Shown here in pieces: positions 28,358 through 38,624 of a stretch of DNA of 64,000 bases. Below the pieces are notes generated by a model, which worked only from the letters and a program-made list of their open reading frames with translations, searched no databases and was not told the DNA's origin. The DNA is from an uncultured Clostridia bacterium (lineage in GTDB: Bacteria; Bacillota; Clostridia; TANB77; CAG-508). The translations under genes and the position numbers were made by a program. Numbering within the stretch: the first letter of the stretch is position 1; every line of letters starts with the position of its first letter. The DNA lies in the NCBI GenBank assembly GCA_944388045.1, contig CALXHG010000007.1:23440-87439 (forward strand), written 5' to 3'.

Positions 28358-29458
28358 ATGAAAAAAATATTATTGTACTTTTTAGGATTTGTATTTGTTG
28401 TTTTTTTATTGCCGGTAATTTTTACAACTTCAATGGAAGGACAAGAAGTAGTTGCAAATGAAACAAGTTCTAATATTAAAAACGATTCAGACTCTTCAAA
28501 TGATGAAAATAATTTAGACAAACAAAATGAAGCAAGTTCAAATAATGGCGAAAGTAATAATAATGAAAATACAGATGATGTAGAACAAATTCAAAATTTT
28601 GACGAAAATTATTTAAAATACCAAACAATCAGATTATTACACACAGAAACAGGTGAAATTGAAGAATTGCCAATGGATGAATATTTATATGGTGTTGTAG
28701 CTGCAGAGATGCCAGCAAGTTATGAAGTAGAAGCCTTAAAAGCACAAGCAATAGTTGCAAGAACATATACAATTTATCAAGCAATGAATAGTGTAGGAAA
28801 ACACCCAAATGCTGATATATGTGATAATTATGGATGTTGTCAAGCTTGGATTAGTAAAGAAGAAAGGTTTGCTAGTTGGAAACCAGAAGAGGCAGAAGCA
28901 AATTGGCAAAAAATTGTTGATTGTGTAAATGCAACAACTGGGAAAATAATAACTTATAATGGACAACCAATAAATGCATTTTTCCATTCTAATAGTGGAG
29001 GAATAACAGAAACCTCAATAAATATATGGGGTGGAATAGATTATCCATATTTAAAATCTGTAGAAACTTCAGGAGAAAATGGTTATACACAATACAGTTC
29101 AGAAGTAACACTTTCAAAGGAAGATTTAGAAAAGAAAATGAAAGAAAAATATCCGGATTTTGAAATTAATTTTTCTGATTCTAATTGTATACAAATTTTA
29201 GAATATACTTCAAGTAAAAGAGTAAAAACTATAAAGATAGGTAATAAAGAAATTGCTGGAACAGAAGCAAGAACAATTTTAGGATTAAAATCTACAAATT
29301 TTACATTTACATTTGATGGAAATCAATTTAAATTTAGTGTTATTGGAAATGGACATGGAGTTGGAATGAGCCAAACAGGAGCTGATAGTATGGCAAAATC
29401 TGGTTCTAATTATGAAGAAATAATTAAACATTTTTATACAGGAGTAGAGATTAAATAA
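28358..29458 (+). CDS. spoIID: stage II sporulation protein D (lytic transglycosylase)
   Basis: EYLYGVVAAEMPASYEVEALKAQAIVARTY, FHSNSGGITE and GHGVGMSQTGA. Confidence 0.9.
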   Translation: MKKILLYFLGFVFVVFLLPVIFTTSMEGQEVVANETSSNIKNDSDSSNDENNLDKQNEASSNNGESNNNENTDDVEQIQNFDENYLKYQTIRLLHTETGEIEELPMDEYLYGVVAAEMPASYEVEALKAQAIVARTYTIYQAMNSVGKHPNADICDNYGCCQAWISKEERFASWKPEEAEANWQKIVDCVNATTGKIITYNGQPINAFFHSNSGGITETSINIWGGIDYPYLKSVETSGENGYTQYSSEVTLSKEDLEKKMKEKYPDFEINFSDSNCIQILEYTSSKRVKTIKIGNKEIAGTEARTILGLKSTNFTFTFDGNQFKFSVIGNGHGVGMSQTGADSMAKSGSNYEEIIKHFYTGVEIK

Positions 29459-29469
29459 TAAATTGTTAC

Positions 29470-29689
29470 AATTCAGCAAAAGTTTTTATATATTAATAAT
29501 AAATAAATTTTGAATACGATTGGAGGAAATTTAGAATTTCTTAAATTAATTTTATGGAAAATGTTTGCGTCGAGCGCCAGCGAGGACTAAGTGAAAGGGT
29601 GCCATAAAATTATTTTAGAAATTCTTATATTTCCGCATTGAGTCGAAAAATTTATGCAATTATTAATATATCAAAACTTTTGCTGAATT
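29470..29689 (+). mobile_element. Family B palindromic MITE-like element, copy B1
   Basis: Arms AATTCAGCAAAAGTTTT / CAAAACTTTTGCTGAATT. Inner repeats ATATATTAATA / TATTAATATAT. The core differs from B2 (42681-42896) at about 5 positions. Confidence 0.7.
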
Positions 29690-29843
29690 ATAATAAAAAT
29701 TCTTTCTAAGAATGAATAATATTTTGAAAAAAAGTAAATAATTGTATTAACAAAGAAATAGGAAATAAATAATAAAAAAATAGGAAGTAAAAAAACAAAT
29801 ATTTTTTAATTATTTATACCTTAGGAAAGGAAAGTGTTTAATT

Positions 29844-30779
29844 ATGAGAAAAGGAAAAAGATTTATTGAAAACGAAAATTTAATTATATATGTTGGAACA
29901 GCAATATTTATTATACTTGCAATTGCTGTTGGCATTGTAATGTATATGACAACAAAAACAAATAATGAAGATTCTGCGGAGAAAATAGCAAATGAGAATC
30001 AAAGTGAAGTTATTGAAGATGTTAATTCTAGTATAGGAAAAACAGTTGAGGAACAAGAAGAAATAATTGCTAAAACAGAAAACACCGTAAAAACAACAGA
30101 AACTACAACATCACAGGAAAACACAATAAAAACAGATAATACAAATTCAAAAACAGAAGCAACAAGTAAAAACGAAACTAACAATACTGTAAAAACAAAT
30201 GAAAGTGAGTTAAGTCAAACTAGTTCTAGTAAAAACACAGAGAGCACTACAAGTAAAACAACAGATGAAAATATAGATAAAAAAGAAAGTGAAACAAAAA
30301 AAGAAAATAGTGAAGCTCAAAACAAAGAGGATTCAAGCAAAAAAGATGAAAACATAACAGAAGAAAAAAATGAAATAACTTTTGTAAAACCAACAGATGG
30401 AGAAATTATTTCAGAATTTGCACAAGATAATTTAATTTACTCAGAAACATTAAAAGAATGGATAACACATCCAGGTATTGATATAAAAGCAGATAAAACA
30501 AGTATTATAAAAGCATCTGCTGATGGTGTTATATCTTCTATTTTAAATGACCCAAGATATGGACTTACAGTTGTTATTACACATGATGGTGGATATGAAA
30601 CAGTATATTCTAATTTATTAACAGCTGAATTTGTTGTAGAAGGAGAAGAAGTAAAACAAGGACAAACTATTGGAACAGCAGGAAATACAGCGGCTTTTGA
30701 AAGTAGTATGGAATCACATTTACATTTTGAAATTTTACAGGATGGAAAATATTTAGATCCTTCAATATATTTAAAATAA
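29844..30779 (+). CDS. membrane-anchored M23/LytM peptidase-domain protein, SpoIIQ-like
   Basis: N-terminal TM, Thr/Ser/Asn/Lys-rich linker and a LytM domain (HPGIDIKA...HLHFEI). Its position next to spoIID matches clostridial spoIIQ loci. Confidence 0.6.
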   Translation: MRKGKRFIENENLIIYVGTAIFIILAIAVGIVMYMTTKTNNEDSAEKIANENQSEVIEDVNSSIGKTVEEQEEIIAKTENTVKTTETTTSQENTIKTDNTNSKTEATSKNETNNTVKTNESELSQTSSSKNTESTTSKTTDENIDKKESETKKENSEAQNKEDSSKKDENITEEKNEITFVKPTDGEIISEFAQDNLIYSETLKEWITHPGIDIKADKTSIIKASADGVISSILNDPRYGLTVVITHDGGYETVYSNLLTAEFVVEGEEVKQGQTIGTAGNTAAFESSMESHLHFEILQDGKYLDPSIYLK

Positions 30780-30809
30780 TTAAATTGATGGTATAAATAA
30801 TTGATAGAA

Positions 30810-30851
30810 AAGTTTTTCTTAAATTTTGATATACAAACTTAAGAAAAACTT
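30810..30851 (+). terminator. AT-rich hairpin after the M23 gene
   Basis: Perfect 13-bp stem AAGTTTTTCTTAA / TTAAGAAAAACTT. Confidence 0.45.
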
Positions 30852-30994
30852 ATTATATAGTATTTTATAACATATATTCACATTTTTTCACAAAAAGTAC
30901 AAGTTTTACTTGTACTTTTTTATTTTAAGTGATATGATATAAACGTAAATTTAAGAAAAACGTTTTTAAATTCTTTAGGAAAGGAAAAATTCAT

Positions 30995-31867
30995 ATGAAA
31001 ATTTTAATAACAGGTGCTAATGGAATGTTAGCAAAAGAAGTGAGAGAAAAATTCGAAAAAGGAAATGACATTATAGCAACAGATGTAGCAGAACTTGATA
31101 TTACTAATGAAAAAATGGTTTATGATTTTATAACAAAATTAAAACCAGAATATATAATAAATTGTGCAGCATATACAGCAGTTGATAAAGCTGAAGATAA
31201 TTATGAATTAGCAGATAAAATAAATGGTGATGGACCAACAAATTTAGCAAAGGCTGCAAAATCAGCAGGTTCAAAATTAGTTCATATATCTACAGATTAC
31301 GTTTTTGGAGGAGACTTAGATGTTTCTAAAGATTATAAAGAAGATGATGAGAAAAAACCTGTAACAGTTTATGGAAAAACAAAACTACATGGAGAAGAAG
31401 GCATTATTGCAAATACTGAAGATTATTACATATTTAGAACTGCATGGCTATATGGTGTTGGAGGAAATAATTTTGTAAAAACAATGACAAAACTAGGAAC
31501 AACAAGAGAAGAAGTTAATGTTGTTTCAGACCAACATGGAAGTCCAACATATGCTAAAGATTTAAGTAATATAATATACCAAGCAATTGAAAAGAAAATT
31601 CCATATGGAATATATAATGCAACAAATGAAGGATATACAACTTGGTATGATTTTACAAAACAAATCTTTGCAGACCAAGGAATAAAATGTAAAGTAAACC
31701 CAGTAACAACAGAAGAATATATAGAAATGATGAAAATAACACAAGCTAAAAGACCTTTAAATTCACAAATGTCAAAAGAGAAATTACATGAATGTGGAAT
31801 TTCTGTTCCAGATTGGAAAGATGGACTAAAGAGATATTTAGAAGAAGCAAAAAATATGGAAAATTAA
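30995..31867 (+). CDS. rfbD: dTDP-4-dehydrorhamnose reductase
   Basis: ILITGANGMLA Rossmann motif, STDYVF and YGKTK catalytic motif. Confidence 0.9.
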   Translation: MKILITGANGMLAKEVREKFEKGNDIIATDVAELDITNEKMVYDFITKLKPEYIINCAAYTAVDKAEDNYELADKINGDGPTNLAKAAKSAGSKLVHISTDYVFGGDLDVSKDYKEDDEKKPVTVYGKTKLHGEEGIIANTEDYYIFRTAWLYGVGGNNFVKTMTKLGTTREEVNVVSDQHGSPTYAKDLSNIIYQAIEKKIPYGIYNATNEGYTTWYDFTKQIFADQGIKCKVNPVTTEEYIEMMKITQAKRPLNSQMSKEKLHECGISVPDWKDGLKRYLEEAKNMEN

Positions 31868-32009
31868 TTTTATAAATTAATTCGTAAAGATTTAAACATT
31901 AAAAATTTTTCTAAATAAATTTAATGAGAAATGAATTTTTAGTATAAAAATTATATATTAAAGCAATTTTTAATTAAAAATTGTTAAGAAGAAAGGATTG
32001 ATGTAAAAT

Positions 32010-32900
32010 ATGAAGAACAGAAAAGGAATAATTTTAGCTGGTGGAAGTGGAACAAGATTATACCCACTAACAATTGCAATATCAAAACAAATAATGCCTG
32101 TATATGATAAACCAATGATATACTATCCATTATCAATTTTAATGCAAGCAGATATAAGAGAAGTTTTAATAATAACAACTCCTAGAGATTTAGATACATT
32201 CAAAGACTTACTAGGAGATGGTTCTCAATGGGGAATGAGTTTTCAATATAAAGTTCAAGAAAAACCAAATGGATTAGCTGAAGCATTTATTATAGGTGAA
32301 GATTTTATTGGTAAAGACAATGTAGCAATGATTTTAGGTGATAATATGTTCTATGGTGAACATTTAGCAGAAAAACTAAAACAAGCAAATGAAAGAGAAA
32401 ATGAAGCAACAATATTTGGATATTATGTAAAAGATCCAAGAGCTTATGGAGTTGTAGAAATTGATGAAACCGGAAAAGCTATATCAATAGAAGAAAAACC
32501 AGCAAATCCAAAATCAAATTATGCAGTACCAGGATTATATTTTTATACAAATGATGTAATAGAAATTGCAAAAAATGTAAAACCATCAGCAAGAGGAGAA
32601 TTGGAAATTACATCTATAAATGAAGAATATATGAAAAGAGGACAATTAAGAGTAGAAAAATTAGGACGTGGAATGACCTGGTTCGACACAGGAACACATG
32701 ATGCTTTAATTGAAACAGCAAGTTTTGTACAAACTATACAAAAAAGACAAGGTTTGCAAATATGCTGTCCAGAAGAAATTGCATTTGATAAAGGATGGAT
32801 AAATTCTAATCAATTATTAGAATTAGCTCAAAAATATATGAAAACAGATTATGGTAAATATTTAAAAGATGTAGCAGAAGATGTATTTGGAGAAGAATAG
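32010..32900 (+). CDS. rfbA: glucose-1-phosphate thymidylyltransferase
   Basis: [16 protein letters not shown], ...[10 protein letters not shown]..., ...[13 protein letters not shown]. Confidence 0.95.
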   Translation: MKNRKGIILAGGSGTRLYPLTIAISKQIMPVYDKPMIYYPLSILMQADIREVLIITTPRDLDTFKDLLGDGSQWGMSFQYKVQEKPNGLAEAFIIGEDFIGKDNVAMILGDNMFYGEHLAEKLKQANERENEATIFGYYVKDPRAYGVVEIDETGKAISIEEKPANPKSNYAVPGLYFYTNDVIEIAKNVKPSARGELEITSINEEYMKRGQLRVEKLGRGMTWFDTGTHDALIETASFVQTIQKRQGLQICCPEEIAFDKGWINSNQLLELAQKYMKTDYGKYLKDVAEDVFGEE

Positions 32901-33029
32901 TAAAAGTAATAATTATTATTTGATTTATGTGTAATTTAAAATGTATATAAGAATTGGTATAAATCAATTGTAATATTTAAATATCTTGATGTTTCAAGAT
33001 AAATTTAAAGAAAAAAGGAGAAATTAAAA

Positions 33030-33614
33030 ATGGGAAAATTTAAAAGAACAGATACCTCAATTGAGGGAGTATGTATTATTGAACCAACAGTATTTGGGGA
33101 TAATAGAGGATATTTTATGGAGACATATAGCAAAAAAGATTTTGAAGAAATAGGATTAAATTATAATTTTGTTCAAGATAATCAATCAAAATCTAAAAAA
33201 GGTGTTTTAAGAGGTTTACATTTTCAAAAAGAAAACACACAAGCAAAACTTGTAAGATGTCTTAAAGGAGAAGTTTTTGATGTTGCAGTTGATTTAAGAC
33301 CTGGAAGTAAAACTTATGGAAAATGGGAAGGTGTAATTTTAACAGAAGAAAATAAAAAAATGTTTATGATACCTAAAGGATTTGCACATGGATTTTTAGT
33401 TTTATCAGATGAAGCAGAGTTTGCTTATAAATGTGATGATATATATAATCATGATGCAGAAGGTGGACTAAAATATAATGACCCAGATGTAGCAATAAAC
33501 TGGCCAATGGAAAGTTTAAGAGTAGAAGAAATATTAACATCTGAAAAAGATTCAAAATGGCCAAGTTTAAAAGAATTAAAAGAAACAGAGCTATTTAAAA
33601 ATTTAAGTATGTAG
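33030..33614 (+). CDS. rfbC: dTDP-4-dehydrorhamnose 3,5-epimerase
   Basis: FGDNRGYFMETY, VLRGLHFQ and GFAHGF motifs. Confidence 0.9.
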   Translation: MGKFKRTDTSIEGVCIIEPTVFGDNRGYFMETYSKKDFEEIGLNYNFVQDNQSKSKKGVLRGLHFQKENTQAKLVRCLKGEVFDVAVDLRPGSKTYGKWEGVILTEENKKMFMIPKGFAHGFLVLSDEAEFAYKCDDIYNHDAEGGLKYNDPDVAINWPMESLRVEEILTSEKDSKWPSLKELKETELFKNLSM

Positions 33615-33730
33615 TATATATTGATTATTGTAAAACATATAATTAATAAATTATATAAAATTAATTAAAAAAATTTAAAATGATTTGAAAATCAATTCTT
33701 AAAATATGAAACAAAAAGGAGAAAAATTAA

Positions 33731-34699
33731 ATGAAAAACAATATATTAGTAACAGGAGCAGCAGGCTTTATAGGAGCAAATTTTGCAGAATATTTTGTAA
33801 ATAAACATCCAGACTATAATGTAGTTGTAGTAGATAAATTAACATATGCTGGAAATTTAGCAAATCTAGATAAAGTAAAAGATAAAATAAAGTTTGAAAA
33901 AGCAGATATATGTGATTTTGAAAAAATGAAAGAAATTTTCAAAAAATATGATATTAATGGAGTAATACATTTTGCAGCAGAATCACATGTAGATAACAGT
34001 ATAAAAAATCCATTTATATTTACACAAACAAATGTAATTGGAACACATACATTGTTAGAAACAGCAAAACAAATATGGGGAGAAGGTTCAGAAAATAAAT
34101 TTGTACATATATCAACAGATGAAGTATATGGAGCATTAGGAGAAGAAGGATATTTTACAGAAAAATCACCAATTCAACCAAGTAGCCCATATTCTGCATC
34201 AAAAGCAAGTTCAGATTTGATTGCATTTGCATATCACACAACATATAAAATGAATATAAATGTAACAAATTGCTCAAACAATTATGGTCCATATCAACAT
34301 AACGAAAAATTAATACCACATATGATTAAATTAGCTTTAAATAATGAAAAATTACCAGTATATGGAACAGGAAAAAATATTAGAGATTGGTTATATGTAG
34401 AAGACCATTGCAAAGCAATAGATTTAGTTTTCCACAAAGGTATTGCAGGAGAAAGATACAATATAGGTGGACATAATGAAAAAAGAAATATAGAAATTGT
34501 AAAACTTATATTAAAACGTCTTGGAAAATCTGAAGATTTAATCCAATATGTTGAAGACAGAAAAGGTCATGATTATAGATATGCAATAGATCCAAGCAAA
34601 ATAAAAGCAGAACTTGGATGGGAACCAGAAACAAAATTTGAAGATGGAATTGTTAAAACAATAGATTGGTATTTAGCAAATCCAGATTGGTTAAAATAA
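33731..34699 (+). CDS. rfbB: dTDP-glucose 4,6-dehydratase
   Basis: VTGAAGFIGANF, HFAAESHVDNS, STDEVYG and YSASKA motifs. Confidence 0.95.
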   Translation: MKNNILVTGAAGFIGANFAEYFVNKHPDYNVVVVDKLTYAGNLANLDKVKDKIKFEKADICDFEKMKEIFKKYDINGVIHFAAESHVDNSIKNPFIFTQTNVIGTHTLLETAKQIWGEGSENKFVHISTDEVYGALGEEGYFTEKSPIQPSSPYSASKASSDLIAFAYHTTYKMNINVTNCSNNYGPYQHNEKLIPHMIKLALNNEKLPVYGTGKNIRDWLYVEDHCKAIDLVFHKGIAGERYNIGGHNEKRNIEIVKLILKRLGKSEDLIQYVEDRKGHDYRYAIDPSKIKAELGWEPETKFEDGIVKTIDWYLANPDWLK

Positions 34700-34707
34700 T
34701 TTACGAA

Positions 34708-34736
34708 AACCATGCATTTACATTAAGTGCATGGTT
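34708..34736 (+). terminator. hairpin after rfbB
   Basis: AACCATGCA-(11 nt)-TGCATGGTT. Confidence 0.45.
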
Positions 34737-34841
34737 TCCTTGACTTTTAAGCTTAAATATCATATAATATATCGTGCTAAGCTTAAAAGCTTTTTATATA
34801 AATGTCCGAAAACACACTTAATCAAACAGAAAGGAAAAAAC

Positions 34842-36674
34842 ATGAAAAAGTACAAAGACAGCAAAGATTTCGGCTTAAAAGCTGGAGAAACACTTATCCA
34901 TAAAGGAAAATATATTCAAGTGTTTGACCGGAAGAATGGAATTCGCATTTATTGCTTAAACGGAAAATACTTGGGATACCATTGCTTTAAAAATGGTTAT
35001 TCTTCTATGGAAATGAAAGAATTTTGTATGCCACTTGCTGAATGTATTTTAATAAAAGATACATTTGTCTGGGAACTTTATTCTTATGAAGGAGAAAAAA
35101 TTTGTAATCAAAGAATTACAAAAATTGACTTTCCTAGTAAAGCTTCTGAATATATTTTCATTTATAATGGTTTAAAACAAATGGCAATATATTCGAAAGT
35201 AGGAAAATGCATTTTGGATTTTTGTAATTGTGGTGAACTTGTATTTGCCAAAAAAAATATTTTTATATTCAAAAATAACATTTCTGAGTATGATATTTTT
35301 GATGCAAAAGCAAAAAAGTTCATGCAAAATTCTTTTGAAGAAGTTATTCCCACAATTGGAGGATTTTATTTAAAAAACTCTGAAGGATACCATTTTTTGA
35401 ATGAAGAAACAGCAAAAATAGAAATCCAAGTAGACGCTTTTTATTCTATTGCTTATTATAAAATACCACATACAAGAAATTATATCTATTTTGATGTGAT
35501 ATATAAAAATAAATGTTGTGGTGTTTTGGCAAAACTTCAATTTTGTGACAGTACAAGAAAAAATCTTGTAAAAGTAATTATTCCTATTGAATTTAAAAAA
35601 ATCGAAGTTTGTGAAGACAAAATTAAAGCTTATGAGGAGGATGGTATTACAACATATTCTTGCCCTATGATTTATAGTAAATATTTTGGTCAAGAAGATT
35701 CTGAATACAAAGAAAGTTTCACAAAGATAGAGGAAAACACTGAAATTAAACTGTTTTTCCAAACTGTAAAAAGTGGCGAAATTGTCTATATGTATGACAA
35801 AATTTTTGCAATTAGAGGTTTGAAAAATGAAATTATTTCTTGTAGTTTCTTTTCTATGAATGGAACATATTTGGGCAAAGCAGGATTATTTGATGATGGA
35901 GAAAATTCTGTGCGTCCTAATATTGTGGAAACAGAATCTTGGGTTGCTCTTGGAATCGATTCTTCTGGAGGCACTTTTAATGCAAATTATGGCAATTGGA
36001 TATTACGTTCCTATGATGGCCAAAAGGTTATGAACATTCCATTTGATGATTATGAAAAACGTAATAACTATTATATCTTTAGTTATAATATGAAAATTAG
36101 GAGGTTTAGTGATAAAGCTCTTAAGAGTTATGTTGCCATATTTGACCAAAAGGGAAAATTGATTTTAACTTTAAATGATGTAGATGCAGTTGTATGTGAA
36201 AAAAGCTGTTTCAAAGTAATTGATTCTAATGGCAAAATTTCATTTTATAACTTAAGTGGTAAAATAATTGTTAAAGACTTAGATGAAAATAGAGTTGAAA
36301 ACATTGAAGATACCATTTGGGTAAAAAGTGAAAAAAATCCTTCCGAAGGCTGTATTATGTACAATTGTTTAACTGGTGATAAATATCAGCTTTATGATGA
36401 AAGAATTGAAAAAGTAACAGGTATTTATATTAACGAGTTAAAATTGTACAAAGTTTATCGTCAAAATTATTGTGGAATATTCAAGTTTACTGGTGATTTT
36501 TCGCTAAAATCTGATTGTATACCAGGTTTTAAAAAAGTTGTTCCTATTAAATATATCGAAATTGATACTACATCGGAAAATTCTGCAATATTTGTACAAT
36601 TCAGAGCTATTAGAAAAGAGTGTGAAGAAATTTATGACATTAATGGCAATGTGATTGCCACAACGGAAAGTTAA
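34842..36674 (+). CDS. large Cys-rich hypothetical protein with repeated beta-strand-like modules (WG-repeat-like?)
   Basis: ATG 34842 follows GAAAGGAAAAAAC. No signal peptide. Recurring ..NGK/DxxGKxI.. modules (FDQKGKLILTL, IDSNGKISFYNLSGKIIV, YDINGNVIA). No confident family assignment. Confidence 0.45.
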   Translation: MKKYKDSKDFGLKAGETLIHKGKYIQVFDRKNGIRIYCLNGKYLGYHCFKNGYSSMEMKEFCMPLAECILIKDTFVWELYSYEGEKICNQRITKIDFPSKASEYIFIYNGLKQMAIYSKVGKCILDFCNCGELVFAKKNIFIFKNNISEYDIFDAKAKKFMQNSFEEVIPTIGGFYLKNSEGYHFLNEETAKIEIQVDAFYSIAYYKIPHTRNYIYFDVIYKNKCCGVLAKLQFCDSTRKNLVKVIIPIEFKKIEVCEDKIKAYEEDGITTYSCPMIYSKYFGQEDSEYKESFTKIEENTEIKLFFQTVKSGEIVYMYDKIFAIRGLKNEIISCSFFSMNGTYLGKAGLFDDGENSVRPNIVETESWVALGIDSSGGTFNANYGNWILRSYDGQKVMNIPFDDYEKRNNYYIFSYNMKIRRFSDKALKSYVAIFDQKGKLILTLNDVDAVVCEKSCFKVIDSNGKISFYNLSGKIIVKDLDENRVENIEDTIWVKSEKNPSEGCIMYNCLTGDKYQLYDERIEKVTGIYINELKLYKVYRQNYCGIFKFTGDFSLKSDCIPGFKKVVPIKYIEIDTTSENSAIFVQFRAIRKECEEIYDINGNVIATTES

Positions 36675-36762
36675 TTAAAAAGGCTAGAGAAATCTTAATA
36701 ATTTAAAAATTCTCTAGCCTTTTGCATAAATATCTTAATATGTAATTTAAAGGAGATAATAT

Positions 36763-37515
36763 ATGCCAAGATTTTTTGTAAAAGAAAACCAAAAACAAAA
36801 TAACCAAATAACAATAATTGGAGAAGATGTAAATCACATAAAAAATGTACTAAGAAAGCAAATAGGAGACAATATAGAAATATGCAATAAAGATAATAAA
36901 AAATCATATAAATGTGAAATTACAAAAATAGAAGAAAATCAAATTACAACAGAAATTATAGAAGAATTAATATCACAAGAAGACAATATAATAGTTGACA
37001 TATATCAAGGTTTACCAAAAGCAGATAAAATGGAATTAATAATACAAAAATCTGTAGAACTAGGGGCTAATGCAATAATACCAGTAGATATGAAAAGATG
37101 CGTTGTAAAATTAGACTCAAAAAGTGAAGAAAAGAAAATAGAAAGATGGCAAAAAATTTCTGAAAGTGCTGCAAAACAATGTGGCAGAAATAATATACCA
37201 GAAGTAAAACATATAGTAAGTATTAAAGATATATGTAAACTAATCACGAATTATGATGCAATGATAGTTGCTTATGAAAATGAAAAAGAAAATACATTAA
37301 AACATGAACTAACAAAAATTAAACAGGAAAATAAATTTAATAATTTAAAAATTGGAATTGTAATTGGACCAGAAGGTGGACTAGAAGAAAATGATGTTAA
37401 ACTTTTAAAAGAAAGTGGAGCCAAAATTATAACACTAGGTAGCAGAATTCTTAGAACAGAAACAGTAGCACTAAATATGTTAAGTATAATAATGTACGAA
37501 CTTGAAAATAAATAA
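36763..37515 (+). CDS. rsmE: 16S rRNA (uracil1498-N3)-methyltransferase
   Basis: MPRFFV...GEDVNHIKNVLR N-terminus and IVIGPEGGLEENDV SPOUT motif. Confidence 0.85.
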   Translation: MPRFFVKENQKQNNQITIIGEDVNHIKNVLRKQIGDNIEICNKDNKKSYKCEITKIEENQITTEIIEELISQEDNIIVDIYQGLPKADKMELIIQKSVELGANAIIPVDMKRCVVKLDSKSEEKKIERWQKISESAAKQCGRNNIPEVKHIVSIKDICKLITNYDAMIVAYENEKENTLKHELTKIKQENKFNNLKIGIVIGPEGGLEENDVKLLKESGAKIITLGSRILRTETVALNMLSIIMYELENK

Positions 37516-37626
37516 AAACAGCACAATTGTATGAAAAAATAAAACAAAAAGCTTGACTTTTATGCTAAAAATGGTGTAAAATAATAATATTGGAAATTAT
37601 GTTAAGAATTAGAAGGGAGAATAATT

Positions 37627-38193
37627 ATGGCAGGAGTATATATGGCAGGAGATTTTAGAAATGGAACAACATTTGAAATGGATGGAGGAGTATATAGAGT
37701 AGTTGAATTCCAACACGTAAAACCAGGAAAAGGAGCTGCATTTGTTAGAACAAAATTAAAAAATGTAATAACAGGAGCAGTTTTAGAAAAAACATTTAAC
37801 CCATCAGATAAATATCCAGGAGCAGAAATAGAAAAAAGAGCTATGCAATATTTATATAATGATGGAGACTTATATTACTTTATGGATAATAATACTTATG
37901 ACCAAATGCCATTAAATAAAGATGATATAGGAGATTGTTTAAAATATTTAAAAGAAAATATGGAGGTTACAATACTTTCATTTAAAGGAAAAGTATTTGC
38001 AGTAGAACCACCAATATTTGTAGAATTAGAAGTAACATATACAGAACCTGGATTTGCAGGAAATACTACTACAACATCTGGAAAACCAGCAAAATTAGAA
38101 ACAGGATTAGAATTACAAGTTCCAATGTTCATAAATATTGGAGATATTATAAGAATAGATACACGTACATGTGAATATATGGAAAGAGTGTAG
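37627..38193 (+). CDS. efp: elongation factor P
   Basis: [40 protein letters not shown], with the conserved KPGKG loop. Confidence 0.95.
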   Translation: MAGVYMAGDFRNGTTFEMDGGVYRVVEFQHVKPGKGAAFVRTKLKNVITGAVLEKTFNPSDKYPGAEIEKRAMQYLYNDGDLYYFMDNNTYDQMPLNKDDIGDCLKYLKENMEVTILSFKGKVFAVEPPIFVELEVTYTEPGFAGNTTTTSGKPAKLETGLELQVPMFINIGDIIRIDTRTCEYMERV

Positions 38194-38375
38194 AAACTAA
38201 AAAAACGCGAGCTAAAAAACAAAGTCCGCGTTTTTATTTAAAATTAAAAAATTTTAAATTTATTACTAATGTTTATAGGTAGCCTTTTAAAACCTATATA
38301 TTATAGTTTTAAAAAATTGTTTTACTACTTACTATGTGTGTCATTAGAGCTAATTAAGAAAGGAAGAAAAATAAT

Positions 38376-38603
38376 ATGTCAGAAAAAGAATTATTAGAAA
38401 AAATTGAAAAATTAGAAAAAAGAGTTGAAGAACTTGAAAAAGATATGAAAAATATGAAAGATGATTTTTTCATATATGATGATGGTTTAGAAGATGATGA
38501 AGATTTTGCATATGATGATGATTTTGAAGAAGATGAAATTAATGATGATTGTGATGATGATGATAACTGCAGTGGATGTTGTTCAAATTGTAAAGGATGC
38601 TAA
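38376..38603 (+). CDS. small acidic protein with C-terminal six-Cys cluster
   Basis: 75 aa. Coiled-coil-like N-terminus, Asp/Glu-rich middle, and ends CDDDDNCSGCCSNCKGC. RBS GAAAGGAAG. Confidence 0.45.
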   Translation: MSEKELLEKIEKLEKRVEELEKDMKNMKDDFFIYDDGLEDDEDFAYDDDFEEDEINDDCDDDDNCSGCCSNCKGC

Positions 38604-38624
38604 TTAAAAAGTTAACCATGTGTT

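Noticed and set aside
34731-34841. N-terminal extension of the 647-aa ORF-track protein (start 34731), and similar upstream extensions at 15441, 26950, 42863, 52502, 52743 and 53004.
   Set aside because: The extensions begin at non-ATG codons or lack an RBS, and they run through terminator hairpins or repeat elements. Internal ATGs with good RBS spacing give N-termini that match the family.
38376-38603. SCIFF/ranthipeptide-type RiPP precursor (six Cys in a short peptide).
   Set aside because: There is no adjacent radical-SAM maturase, protease or exporter. The only radical-SAM gene nearby in the window (miaB) is a canonical tRNA enzyme 15 kb away. The Cys spacing and long acidic tract do not match the SCIFF pattern as I recall it.
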